NCBI GenBank assembly: GCA_045658925.1
Contig: JAZOVV010000045.1
Coordinates: 1,763-65,762, forward strand
Reading direction: 5' to 3'
Length of the DNA stretch: 64,000 bases
Origin: Eubacteriales bacterium
Lineage (GTDB): Bacteria > Bacillota > Clostridia > Oscillospirales > CAG-272
Shown piece by piece: positions 39,011 through 48,717 of the stretch. How positions within the stretch are numbered: the stretch's first letter is position 1; each line of letters starts with the position of its first letter. Under the pieces are notes generated by a model. The model worked only from the letters and a program-made list of their open reading frames with translations, ran no database searches and had not been told where the DNA came from. The translations under genes were made by a program, and so were the position numbers.

Positions 39011-40783
39011 TTATTCAGCATCTACGCCTGCAATCAGCTTATCCATCTGTGCGGCGATTTCGGCTTTGATAGCCTTGAATTCGTTTTGGTAATTGTCGTT
39101 TGCAACTGTCTTTGCACGTGCAATTCTTTCGTGTACGGGCAAAGAGCAGATATCTTCGATGTCGGCGCCTGCCTCGATTGCCTTGCGTGCGCGATCCTCA
39201 TAGGCGAAGATCATTTCCAGCATACCGCACTGCTTATCGAGAGGTGTGTAGGAGTCGATATCAAGGAATGCGTTTTGTTGCAGGAAGTCCTCTCTGATAG
39301 ACTGTGCAACGTCAAGAGTGAGACGGTCGGAAGCAGAAAGTGCATCCATACCGACGAGCTTAACGATTTCTTGCAGGTCTGCTTCAATCTGCAAGGTCTT
39401 AAGACAACGCGCGGTATAATCCATCCACGCTTTGGAAACGTTCCCTGCGAACCAGCCCGACAGACGGTCGCGATAAAGCGAATAGGAATTGAGCCAGTTG
39501 ATTGCCGGGAAGTGACGGCGGTATGCCAAAGATGCATCCAATCCCCAGAAGACCTTAACAATACGCAGAGTTGCCTGCGTAACAGGCTCGGAGATGTCAC
39601 CACCCTGTGGGGATACGGCACCGATAGCGGAGAGTGCACCCTCACGTCCGTCGGAGCCGAGACATACTACCTTACCTGCTCTCTCGTAGAACTGTGCCAA
39701 ACGGGAGGTGAGGTATGCGGGGTAGCCTTCTTCACCGGGCATTTCCTCAAGACGGCCCGACATTTCGCGGAGCGCTTCTGCCCAACGGGATGTGGAGTCT
39801 GCGATAACGGCTACGGAATAGCCCATATCGCGGAAATACTCGGCTATGGTAATACCCGTATAAACCGATGCCTCACGTGCGGCAACCGGCATATCGGATG
39901 TGTTTGCAATAAGAATGGTACGCTCCATAAGGGAACGTCCGGTTTTGGGGTCGGTGAGTTCGGGGAACTCACGCAAAACGTCGGTCATTTCGTTGCCGCG
40001 CTCGCCGCAACCGATATAAACAACAAGGTCAACGTCGCTCCACTTTGCAAGCTGGTGTTGAACGACCGTTTTACCCGAGCCGAAAGGTCCGGGAACGCAA
40101 GCCGTACCGCCCTTTGCAATGGGGAAAAGCGCGTCGATAACACGCTGACCGGTAATCATCGGGTCAACGGGGGGCAGCTTTTCGCGATAAGGACGCGCTA
40201 CACGAACAGGCCACTTTTGAATGAGTGTGATGTTCTCAATAGTGCCATCCTCATATTTGATTTTACCGATGCGGTCGGTAACCTTAAAGTCACCCTCGCG
40301 CATTTCAACAATGGTTCCCTTTGTTTTGGGCGGAACCATAATTTTGTGCGTGATGATTTCGTTCTCTTGAACGGTACCGTAAATATCGCCGGGGCCTACC
40401 TTATCGCCAAATTTAACAGCGGGAACAAAGTGCCACACACGGTTTCTATCAAGCGCGGGCACGTCGATGCCGCGTTGCAGATTAGAACCGAATTTGAGAC
40501 GAATTTGCTCAAGAGGACGTTGGATACCGTCGTAGATGTTAGAGATGAGACCGGGGCCAAGCTCAACCGACAGAGGTGCTCCTGTGGAAACAACCTTATC
40601 TCCGCGGCCGATGCCTGCAGTCTCTTCATATACCTGAATAGATGCGCGGTCGCCGTGCATTTCGATGATTTCACCGATGAGGTTCTTGGAACCTACGCGC
40701 ACAACGTCGAACATATTTGCATTTCTCATACCCTCGGCAACCACAAGAGGTCCCGAGACCTTTAGAATTTTTCCTTCTACCAT
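39011..40783 (-). CDS. ntpA: V/A-type ATPase subunit A (catalytic)
   Basis: [27 protein letters not shown]. Confidence 0.97.
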   Translation of the reverse strand: MVEGKILKVSGPLVVAEGMRNANMFDVVRVGSKNLIGEIIEMHGDRASIQVYEETAGIGRGDKVVSTGAPLSVELGPGLISNIYDGIQRPLEQIRLKFGSNLQRGIDVPALDRNRVWHFVPAVKFGDKVGPGDIYGTVQENEIITHKIMVPPKTKGTIVEMREGDFKVTDRIGKIKYEDGTIENITLIQKWPVRVARPYREKLPPVDPMITGQRVIDALFPIAKGGTACVPGPFGSGKTVVQHQLAKWSDVDLVVYIGCGERGNEMTDVLREFPELTDPKTGRSLMERTILIANTSDMPVAAREASVYTGITIAEYFRDMGYSVAVIADSTSRWAEALREMSGRLEEMPGEEGYPAYLTSRLAQFYERAGKVVCLGSDGREGALSAIGAVSPQGGDISEPVTQATLRIVKVFWGLDASLAYRRHFPAINWLNSYSLYRDRLSGWFAGNVSKAWMDYTARCLKTLQIEADLQEIVKLVGMDALSASDRLTLDVAQSIREDFLQQNAFLDIDSYTPLDKQCGMLEMIFAYEDRARKAIEAGADIEDICSLPVHERIARAKTVANDNYQNEFKAIKAEIAAQMDKLIAGVDAE

Positions 40784-40820
40784 TTTGATGATGAACCTTT
40801 CTTACTTTGTCAGTCGGGTG

Positions 40821-41141
40821 TTATTCCTTGAACAGAATATCAGCACCCACCGCGCGCTCTACGGCGGAACGGATGTTGTTCATACCGTAACCGGTAGAGC
40901 CGCCCTGCCCCGGCAGAGAAATGACTGCAGGCAGAGGCATATCTTTATAACGATTCATTTCTTCTTCAATCTGCACAGCATAATTTTCGGTGATAAAGAT
41001 GGTGGCATACGCACCGCTCTTTGCCATAGCGTGCAGCTTCTTTGCCGCTTCTTCGGCGCTCTTTACGTCCTCAACAACAAATCCGAGAGCCATAAAGCCA
41101 AGCACCGTGTCACGGTCTCCGATAATTCCAATTTTATACAT
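40821..41141 (-). CDS. V/A-type ATPase subunit F
   Basis: MYKIGIIGDRDTVLGF...VERAVGADI. Start trimmed from the ORF track. Confidence 0.93.
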   Translation of the reverse strand: MYKIGIIGDRDTVLGFMALGFVVEDVKSAEEAAKKLHAMAKSGAYATIFITENYAVQIEEEMNRYKDMPLPAVISLPGQGGSTGYGMNNIRSAVERAVGADILFKE

Positions 41142-42126
41142 AGCTATCACGAATCCTTTCGCGAATAGTTGCGACTGCAATTCCCGCTTCCTTACCCGAG
41201 AGCAGGATGCGCAAATTCTTAACCTCGTACTCGTGCGCTGCCAAGAATCCAATCATAACCTCAAGTCCGTCGGGAATAAATCTGTTTTCCAAAATGAGTG
41301 ACATCCAATAATTGTCGGCAAGTCGCTCGGCGGTGCTCAAGGCTCTGTCGCTCTTGTAGAAATTCTCGGCAAAGCGAGAATAATCCGAGTAACGTAAGAG
41401 TTCCAAGAGAGCATCCTCTCCGTTTTCCATGCAGTCGGTCATACGCTCGTGTGCGAGCTTGCCGCCCTCAAGGAATGCATCGGCAAAGAGAACCTTCCCT
41501 ACTTCCCCACTCTTCATACGAAGAATACGGAGAGCAATCATTGTATTGAGCAAATCGATTCTTGTTTCGACAAGACGGATGACGAATTCTTCACCCGATG
41601 CCTTTGCCGCTGCAAGCATATCGCGCCAGCAGGCCTTATCCAAAATCAAGTCGATGACCTGCGGATTTTTGGTTTTTGCATATTCATCCATCGCAGCAGG
41701 GGCAGACTCTTGCAAATTTGCAGGAAGCCCCTCATAGTTGCCCGTCTCTACCATTTTTACGATATTCAACGCGGGGACCGTGCCAAAATCGAAGAGCATA
41801 GAGGTAGGGTCTATACCGCGAATGAATGCCTTTTGTGCCGCTTTGAGGTTGTTGCAATCGTATGGATAGAGCCACAAACGAAGAGCATTCGAATCGGGGG
41901 CAAGTTCAGTTAAACGGTCATATGCGCCCTTTAAAATGCCCAAAAGCGTCTCTTCACGCATCGGGTTGCCGTCAGCGTTGCGAACAACAGTAACGCCCCA
42001 ATCGGAAAGAAGCTCCCACGCTTCGTGGGTGGTTTTGGTATTGAGCAATCTCTCGATGCGCTCGCGCCCGATGATTGCGTTTTCCAGTGTGCGTATATTG
42101 GCACTGCCAAATAAATAGTCAGCCAT
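41134..42126 (-). CDS. ntpC: V/A-type ATPase subunit C
   Basis: YDCNNLK, IDLLN, EYEVKNLRIL; operon position. Confidence 0.9.
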   Translation of the reverse strand: MADYLFGSANIRTLENAIIGRERIERLLNTKTTHEAWELLSDWGVTVVRNADGNPMREETLLGILKGAYDRLTELAPDSNALRLWLYPYDCNNLKAAQKAFIRGIDPTSMLFDFGTVPALNIVKMVETGNYEGLPANLQESAPAAMDEYAKTKNPQVIDLILDKACWRDMLAAAKASGEEFVIRLVETRIDLLNTMIALRILRMKSGEVGKVLFADAFLEGGKLAHERMTDCMENGEDALLELLRYSDYSRFAENFYKSDRALSTAERLADNYWMSLILENRFIPDGLEVMIGFLAAHEYEVKNLRILLSGKEAGIAVATIRERIRDSYV

Positions 42127-42146
42127 TATTTGCGCACTCCTTTGCC

Positions 42147-42830
42147 TTACGCTCTTGCCTCGAACAGCGTGCGTGCTACCTCGGACTCGAGGCTTTCGCG
42201 CAACTGTGCGAAGAGAATTGCGAGCGAGCAGTTGGATTCGACATTGCCACAGCGCAGAATGAGACCGCCTTCGATGTTTGCCGTATCGGTGGCAAGCGTC
42301 AAGCGAGAAAGCTTATCGGCAGACACTTTGCCAAAGAGGTGCTTTTGCACACCTTCGATAACAAGCTTGCCACAACGATCGCGGTCGCGCTGATTGAAAA
42401 GAACCTCATAGGATTCGGGGGCGAGTGCCTCCTCCTCACCGTAAAGGGTACGGCTTGTCTCCTCGGATTCAATCTGCTCAAGAAGAGCCGCGGACAAAAG
42501 TCCTATGAGAATTTCATTGTATTTTACAAGTTCTAAATTGCGTGTTTGCTCCAAAACGCCTGCAAAAACGCCGTCAATCAGGTCGCTCTTGGTTTGCAGG
42601 AGCAAATTGCGCTTGGATGTTGCCGCCGTGCTACGAATGCGCGCTACGTATTCCATTCCTCCCTTTTCGGCTTCTGTCGAGATTTCGGAACGGATTTTTT
42701 CGGCACGCTCGGCATATTCGGCGTTGATACGGTCACACTCCGCCTCGGCGTCAGCCAAAATCTTATCGGCCTTTGCCTGTGCTTCGGAGAGGATCTTATC
42801 GGTAATTTTATTCAGTCCGTTAATTGCCAT
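42147..42830 (-). CDS. ntpE: V/A-type ATPase subunit E
   Basis: GLNKITDKIL coiled coil, GGLIL, NCS; operon position. Confidence 0.88.
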   Translation of the reverse strand: MAINGLNKITDKILSEAQAKADKILADAEAECDRINAEYAERAEKIRSEISTEAEKGGMEYVARIRSTAATSKRNLLLQTKSDLIDGVFAGVLEQTRNLELVKYNEILIGLLSAALLEQIESEETSRTLYGEEEALAPESYEVLFNQRDRDRCGKLVIEGVQKHLFGKVSADKLSRLTLATDTANIEGGLILRCGNVESNCSLAILFAQLRESLESEVARTLFEARA

Positions 42831-42871
42831 TGCGGGCTAACTCCTTTTTTTGCGTATCGAGTAGATAGAAA

Positions 42872-43360
42872 TTAGAGAACGAGCAGGATGGAGATGAGCA
42901 GTGCGAGAATTGCGTAAAGCTCAACGAAGGATGCCGAAATTACTGCCTTACCAACAGCTTCGGGTTGCTTTGCAAGAACAGAAACACCTGCTACTGCTAC
43001 TTCGCCCTGTCTAATTGCAGAATACCAGCCGCCGAGTGCGATGGGGAGAGATGCGAATACATAATAGAAGCCTTGTTCGATGGGGAGAGCTTCACCGCCG
43101 CCCATAATGCCACTGAAAACAATGATAAGGAATGCAACTACCATGCCGTAGATACCCTGCGTCATAGGAAGTGCTTGGAGAAGCATGGATTTACCGTATT
43201 TTTGGGGTTCTTCGCAAATGAGGCCTGCGGTTGCTCTTGCAACCATATTGACTGCCTTTGCAGAACCAAAACCGGGAAGAAGAACTGCCAAAGCAGCACC
43301 CAAAATAGCCAAGTTTGTACCGTTAAAAAGTTTTTCGATAATGTTAAAAATAACGCCCAT
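42872..43360 (-). CDS. ntpK: V/A-type ATPase proteolipid subunit K (Na+ type)
   Basis: Four TMs; LPMTQGIYG, AIRQG and VELYA correspond to the E. hirae NtpK Na+ ligands. Confidence 0.93.
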   Translation of the reverse strand: MGVIFNIIEKLFNGTNLAILGAALAVLLPGFGSAKAVNMVARATAGLICEEPQKYGKSMLLQALPMTQGIYGMVVAFLIIVFSGIMGGGEALPIEQGFYYVFASLPIALGGWYSAIRQGEVAVAGVSVLAKQPEAVGKAVISASFVELYAILALLISILLVL

Positions 43361-43388
43361 TGTTTTAATCTCCTTTTTGTTTTTTAAT

Positions 43389-45431
43389 TTATTGATTTAC
43401 ATTGGGTACATAAGAAGTGTCTTCCGAATATTCCTCTGCCGGAAGTGCAGGTTTGAATGCCTCGCCGCCATCCTCGTAGAATTTACCGAAGAACTCGATA
43501 TATTGCAAACGAGCCGCGTGCACGAAGGTGCCGAGCAGGTTGATAGCGAGGTTGAGTCCGTGGCCCAAAATCATGACGATGAGCATAAAAATGAAGCCGA
43601 TGGGACTCGATGCGCCCATACTTGTGAGCATATTGATAACCTGTGCAATAACGCTTGCCACAAGTCCAAGAGCCAAAATACGAGAGTACGAAAGCAGGTC
43701 GGATGCAAAGCTGATAAGCGAATACAAGCCTCCCAAGCCCTTAATGAGCCAAGCGAAGACTGTCTTCTCTCCAATTCCCTTGAGGAACAGAATCATTGCA
43801 ATGCCTGCAAACATCACGTACATACCGATGCCGGAAAGATTTTGAAGCAATGCTTCGGTTGCCGGTGCGAGAGGTTCGCTTGAAATCATCCCTGCCGCCG
43901 CAAGAGGTGCCATCATATCGACACCCGCGAACATCACCCAGTAAGGTACGTTTTCGCAAAGTGCTACGAGGGGTTTACCACTCTTCCATGTTCTGACCAT
44001 ATTGACCGCCATACCGGCTATGAGGTGAACCTCACCCATTCCAAGCGCTACAAAGAGGAACGGAATGGAAGAGCTGACGGGGTTGAAGAATACACCGTTG
44101 TTAAAAAAGTGTCCCAAGGGTGTATTTTGGGCTTGTCCGTTAAACTGTGGGAAAAAGCTATTCATAATAGCAACCGGCAAGTCGCCAAACCATCCGCCAA
44201 ACAAGACACCCATAAGCATACAGGATATTCCGCAATAGCCGAACATCAGCATCATGCGCTTGAGCCCCTCTTTGGGATTGAGCAGTTTAACACCGCCAAA
44301 GCAAGCCAAAACCAACAAGAGTCCGTATCCCACGTCGGCAAACATCAAACCGAAAATGAGGAAATAGAAGATACTCATAATGAGTGTGGGGTCAAACGTG
44401 CCGTATTTGGGATAGGAATACATTTCGATAACCCACTCAAAGGTAGATGCAAACGCATTGTTTTTGAGGAGTACGGGAACGTCGTCTCCCTCTTCGGGTT
44501 CGGAAATCTCACACGCACACTCAAATGAGGAAAGTCCTTCGAGAACTCTCTTCTCTGCCGCCTCGGGGAACCATCCCGCGAGCACGATGCAGTTTTGCGT
44601 GTGATAAAGCTTTTGCTTTTGCAAGCAGATGTTGAGATTGGTACCTTCGACGTCGTAGAGGACTTCGATATCATCCAAAGAGTCTGCAAGCTCCATCAAA
44701 ACCTCAACCAAACCTGCGTGTTCATCCGCAAGAGCTGCTTGGCGTCTTTCCAATTCGTCGTAAGCCGCCTGTGCTGTGGTAGATATTTCGGGGAAACCCG
44801 CCTTGAGGAACGCACACTTGGCAAGTTCCGCCGTAACGGCCTCCTCATCCTCTTTGTGATAGGTGACTGTGAAATATTGTGTTTTGCCATCATCGGAAAC
44901 GTCTTCGACGTATGCGCCTGCCGCTTCCAAGGCTTCGTAGTTATAAAGCTTGACCGAACAGCTTCCCAGCTGCATAGCCGTGTGCGCCGAGCCCACCTCA
45001 CTTAAGGGAGCATCGTAGTTCAACCACGGGAAAAGGGATTGCATCACGGTTTCGTTGCGCGTTTGCTCGGCTACAATCTCGTCCATGCGAGTCTTTACCG
45101 CAAGCGTACGCTCAACGACCTCCCACGCGCGCTCTGCCCTGCCGTCGGCAACGAATGCCGCGCGGTCGAGACGCTGTACGCGACGGCCGATGCCGCCACG
45201 CCGTGTGCTGTACTTGGCCAACCGAGGTCTTGCCGCCTCAATGTGTGCCATACGTTCCCTAATCTCGGTTTGTCTTCCATCGCTTTCGATGCGTTCGATT
45301 GCAAACTCTCCCGCTTCGGGAATCGAGCGTTGAATTTGAACGCACTTGAGGTGGAGCATCCTGCGTACAATGGCATCTGCGTCGGAGCTGTGAGCTAAGA
45401 CGGTCAGTTTTTTCATTGTACTTATCGACAT
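43389..45431 (-). CDS. ntpI: V/A-type ATPase subunit I (a)
   Basis: MYSYP..DPT, MFADVGYG, SYSRILALG, RLQYIEFF. Confidence 0.95.
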   Translation of the reverse strand: MSISTMKKLTVLAHSSDADAIVRRMLHLKCVQIQRSIPEAGEFAIERIESDGRQTEIRERMAHIEAARPRLAKYSTRRGGIGRRVQRLDRAAFVADGRAERAWEVVERTLAVKTRMDEIVAEQTRNETVMQSLFPWLNYDAPLSEVGSAHTAMQLGSCSVKLYNYEALEAAGAYVEDVSDDGKTQYFTVTYHKEDEEAVTAELAKCAFLKAGFPEISTTAQAAYDELERRQAALADEHAGLVEVLMELADSLDDIEVLYDVEGTNLNICLQKQKLYHTQNCIVLAGWFPEAAEKRVLEGLSSFECACEISEPEEGDDVPVLLKNNAFASTFEWVIEMYSYPKYGTFDPTLIMSIFYFLIFGLMFADVGYGLLLVLACFGGVKLLNPKEGLKRMMLMFGYCGISCMLMGVLFGGWFGDLPVAIMNSFFPQFNGQAQNTPLGHFFNNGVFFNPVSSSIPFLFVALGMGEVHLIAGMAVNMVRTWKSGKPLVALCENVPYWVMFAGVDMMAPLAAAGMISSEPLAPATEALLQNLSGIGMYVMFAGIAMILFLKGIGEKTVFAWLIKGLGGLYSLISFASDLLSYSRILALGLVASVIAQVINMLTSMGASSPIGFIFMLIVMILGHGLNLAINLLGTFVHAARLQYIEFFGKFYEDGGEAFKPALPAEEYSEDTSYVPNVNQ

Positions 45432-45742
45432 TTAGATGCTAACCCCCTGATTACGATTTTTTCGGCGCTTCTTTTGCGCAAGGATGCCTGACGGACGATT
45501 TCCGCGGCCTCCTCTTTTGCTTCTGCATCAAGTCGCTCGCGCATATTTTCGGCACGCTCGCGCAGCTGCACGATGACCTCTTTTGCCGCGGCAACCGTTT
45601 CTGCCTCGGTGCTCTCGCACAAAGCGGCTCCGTTTGCCTCTGCATCAGCCACCATTTTTGCAGCCTTTTCTTGCGCTTCGCGCAGAATGCGCTCGGCTTC
45701 TTGTTCGGCTTGTTTTACCATCTTAATTGATTCTCTTGACAT
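45422..45742 (-). CDS. V/A-type ATPase peripheral stalk subunit G/H
   Basis: Coiled-coil Ala/Glu-rich protein, first gene of the operon, RBS GGAGG. Confidence 0.8.
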   Translation of the reverse strand: MSRESIKMVKQAEQEAERILREAQEKAAKMVADAEANGAALCESTEAETVAAAKEVIVQLRERAENMRERLDAEAKEEAAEIVRQASLRKRSAEKIVIRGLASKCR

Positions 45743-45828
45743 TAAAACCTCCATGCGGTTTCCCGTCATTTTTATTCCGACGAAAGGTCGGAGAGTTGGT
45801 ATTTTTTGACAAAATAACCTTAGTATAC

Positions 45829-45857
45829 ATTATACCACAAACACTCTCCGATTGCAA
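45829..45857 (-). promoter_or_regulatory. Sigma-A promoter of the V-ATPase operon
   Basis: TTGCAA-17-TATAAT with extended -10 TG. Confidence 0.7.
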
Positions 45858-45920
45858 GCACTTTTCGTCGTTTTATTTAAGTTTATTATTTAACAATGTC
45901 GTCCTTTTTGTCGTACGTTT

Positions 45921-46478
45921 TCAATGGGCGTTTTTTGCGTCTCCCAAAGGGCTTTTTCTTTGTGCCAAAGGTGTTTCTGCCGTTGGATTTTTGTAAAAAA
46001 TCAGTTCCTCGCCATCGGGATAAACTCCCTCGGGAACAAAGGGCAATTCCTTTTGCTTGATGCCGCACCCAAACAGTTCCAAAATTTGTGGGATGGGCAA
46101 AATGCTTTCTTCGTCAAGATTCCAAACATGTGAGAGTCTGTGATAGCTATTTTGCATTTGTTGCCGTTGCCCCAATAAATAGGATTCGCAAAGAATGGCA
46201 ATATAATGCTCGTTTTGCCACGGAATCCGCATCAAAAAACGATATTTTTGCGCTCGCCAAAGGGCGCGGTCGTGTAAATCCTCCAAAGACAAGAAATCTC
46301 GTCTGATGCGCTCCCCGTAAACCTCGGTTGCCCATGACATACATTTTTCGGCGAGCAGTCGGTAATAGTTGCAAATAACATCCTTCCCTTCAAACAAAAG
46401 AAGTTCAGCTTCGGCGCGCAAAAGCACCTGATATCCCTCTCGCACGCAGGCCCCGTGTTTTTCGGTGGTTGTATTCAA
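45921..46478 (-). CDS. Hypothetical protein, possibly sporulation-related
   Basis: 185-aa ORF with RBS AAGGAGG and an upstream sigma-E-like promoter. Confidence 0.65.
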   Translation of the reverse strand: MNTTTEKHGACVREGYQVLLRAEAELLLFEGKDVICNYYRLLAEKCMSWATEVYGERIRRDFLSLEDLHDRALWRAQKYRFLMRIPWQNEHYIAILCESYLLGQRQQMQNSYHRLSHVWNLDEESILPIPQILELFGCGIKQKELPFVPEGVYPDGEELIFYKNPTAETPLAQRKSPLGDAKNAH

Positions 46479-46499
46479 TGTAATCGCCTCCTTTTTACC

Positions 46500-46528
46500 T
46501 TTTTATGAGTAAGAAAGGGAAAATATGA
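46500..46528 (-). promoter_or_regulatory. Putative sigma-E promoter
   Basis: Minus strand reads tcATA-16 nt-CATAaaa. Confidence 0.45.
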
Positions 46529-46543
46529 AGGGACAACCAACAC

Positions 46544-46572
46544 AAAAGCTCCCCACCGCGTGGGGAGCTTTT
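46544..46572 (-). terminator. Terminator of the dlt-like cluster
   Basis: aaagctccccac/gtggggagcttt stem. Confidence 0.75.
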
Positions 46573-46579
46573 CCTTTAT

Positions 46580-47065
46580 TTATTCGGCATAGCCGTATTG
46601 AATATCGGTTACAACGCCATCTTTGAGGGAAAATTGCAGATACATTCCAACGGCTTCATAGGTGATATTGGTATCGGATATTTGATCGGGCGTTCCGTAT
46701 GTCGCAGTGACGGAATCCTTTGTAGCACCGATGCGAATACCCTTCTCTGTTGCTACGGTATCATCGTAAAGGCGGATCATATTGACAAGATCTTTCCCTT
46801 CCATAGGATAGGTGTATATTTCAAAACCGGGGTAGATATAGATCTTATCAAGCCCCTCAAATGCACAGGAAGGAGACTCGGCATAATCAAGCCACTGACC
46901 GAGAGCCGCCACAATGGGGGCAACATCGGCATGAACGGCGATTTTGGTCGTGCCGCTCGTAAAGGTGTAGGTCTTTCCCTCTTCGGCGGGGGGATCGTTA
47001 TCTTTGCAAGCAGCAAAGGAAAGAACCATTGCTACAAGCAAGAGATATATGAGACATTTCTTCAT
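46580..47065 (-). CDS. Hypothetical lipoprotein
   Basis: Lipobox FAAC, GIRIG...YG motif, ATGA overlap with the upstream SGNH-like gene. Confidence 0.75.
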   Translation of the reverse strand: MKKCLIYLLLVAMVLSFAACKDNDPPAEEGKTYTFTSGTTKIAVHADVAPIVAALGQWLDYAESPSCAFEGLDKIYIYPGFEIYTYPMEGKDLVNMIRLYDDTVATEKGIRIGATKDSVTATYGTPDQISDTNITYEAVGMYLQFSLKDGVVTDIQYGYAE

Positions 47066-48087
47066 TTCTTTTCTCCGTTTCTCTCTTTTTGATAGATGGA
47101 AAGTTTTTCTGCCCAAACGGCATCGAGTTCAGCCTCGCCGTGACGGTCGGCAAAACCGTATTTTTCAACAAGAATTTTGCCGAAATATGAAGTCAATTTT
47201 TCTGCTCCGTAAACGTTGAGGTGTACACCTGCATCGTATGTGTCGGTGTTCCAATCGATGCCGATTTCCCCGTCAAGGGGAATGAAATTGTAGTAATCTA
47301 CACTTTTTTCGTTTGCCCACGCTACAATCTGCTCCTCCCACTCATCGTACCAATAGTACTTCCAGTTGTTGGTAGGCGCTTTGATAAGGATAAACTCCAC
47401 GCCCTTTTCCTCGCAGAGTGCACGCATTTTTTCGAGATACTCAAAGCCGACCTCGGGCAAGGTGTAATCGTCAAGAGGTCTGCCCGCTATGCTGTTAGTT
47501 TTTGGTTTTATTGCGGTTTGCATCAAATATCCGTTATGGGAAACGGTATCGCGGTGGAAAAGGTATTTCCAATCCTCTCCACTCACTTCGCTCCAACGGC
47601 TATGGTAACGCAAGAGTGGGAAAGCGTAGGATAGGAAATCTTCTTCCTCGGTCATTGATGCGTGAATGGCATCGACTTTACTGCTCGACCATTTCATACC
47701 GTCCAATGTCATACGGTTGTATGCCTCGCTTTGGGGCTTGCCGTATTTGATGGAAAGGACGTTAAAGACAACTGCTTTAGGCGTTTCGCGCTTGAGCGTT
47801 TCTTCAAGCAGATAGTAGGATTGCCAAATGAGCTGCTGTGCACTGCCGCGCACATAGGATGTAATGCCGTACTCCTGCCACAGGGTGGGCGGGGTGAAGC
47901 ATTCGTAAACCTCGCAGTCGCCAATAAAAACGACGTCGTGGTCGGTCGTTTCGCGATAATATTCGGCGATGAGCGCACCGTCACGCGAGGTAGTCATATA
48001 TTTAGGTGTGACCAGCATTTGCACAAAGCCGAGGCATAAAACCGCGATAAGCAGAATGCAGGTGCACAAAATGAGTGTTTTTTTCAT
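47062..48087 (-). CDS. SGNH/GDSL-like extracellular acyltransferase (DltD/AlgJ-like)
   Basis: N-terminal TM, block I FIGDCE, C-terminal DAGVHLN. In an operon with MBOAT and ACP. Confidence 0.7.
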   Translation of the reverse strand: MKKTLILCTCILLIAVLCLGFVQMLVTPKYMTTSRDGALIAEYYRETTDHDVVFIGDCEVYECFTPPTLWQEYGITSYVRGSAQQLIWQSYYLLEETLKRETPKAVVFNVLSIKYGKPQSEAYNRMTLDGMKWSSSKVDAIHASMTEEEDFLSYAFPLLRYHSRWSEVSGEDWKYLFHRDTVSHNGYLMQTAIKPKTNSIAGRPLDDYTLPEVGFEYLEKMRALCEEKGVEFILIKAPTNNWKYYWYDEWEEQIVAWANEKSVDYYNFIPLDGEIGIDWNTDTYDAGVHLNVYGAEKLTSYFGKILVEKYGFADRHGEAELDAVWAEKLSIYQKERNGEKK

Positions 48088-48108
48088 AATTCTCCTTATA
48101 ATAATCGG

Positions 48109-48696
48109 TCAGGAAAAATAGAGTGTCATCGCAACAATAATGTTAATGTAGGCGACAACGGCAAAAGGCGCTCCGATACGAATTATTAAACGGTTCACTT
48201 TTTGCGTAGCTGGCGGTGAAATACGGCAGACGTATTTTTCATACAGTAAAACACCGAGAAACGCACCGAGTGTATTCAGTGTGATATCCTCAAACGAAAA
48301 CACACCAAAACGGGCAAAAAGTTGTATGCACTCCACAACACAAGAAAATGCACAGGCAAAGCCAACCGCTCTTCCCTTTCCGTAGAAAAAGGACACATAA
48401 ATACCCCAGGGGACAAATACGAGAATATTGAGAATGGCAATCAGCAAACCACGTACAAGTCTCCATAGGTCGTTCTCAAGAAAAAAATCAAAAAAGCGAA
48501 ACCCATCTAAAAAACGTGTACTAAGCGACTTTGGGGAGTTGATATTGATTTGGGAAATGAAAGAAAACTTGAATACAATTGCCCACACCAACAGCAAAAA
48601 ATAAATGCCCGTGGCAAAAATGAGGATCTTTTGCCCTTCGGTCGGCTTCTTTTGCGGTGCAACAATGCGACACAAAAAAGCTTTTATTGCTTTCAA
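48109..48696 (-). CDS. VanZ-family membrane protein
   Basis: NILVFVPWG, E..Q, D..LNTLG motifs; RBS AAGGAGG. Confidence 0.85.
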   Translation of the reverse strand: MKAIKAFLCRIVAPQKKPTEGQKILIFATGIYFLLLVWAIVFKFSFISQININSPKSLSTRFLDGFRFFDFFLENDLWRLVRGLLIAILNILVFVPWGIYVSFFYGKGRAVGFACAFSCVVECIQLFARFGVFSFEDITLNTLGAFLGVLLYEKYVCRISPPATQKVNRLIIRIGAPFAVVAYINIIVAMTLYFS

Positions 48697-48717
48697 AGTT
48701 TTCCTCCTTTCTTAAAA

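Noticed and set aside
37551-40765. Long plus-strand ORFs (513 and 589 aa) opposite ATPase subunits B and A
   Set aside because: Antisense shadows of strongly codon-biased genes; no motifs or RBS.
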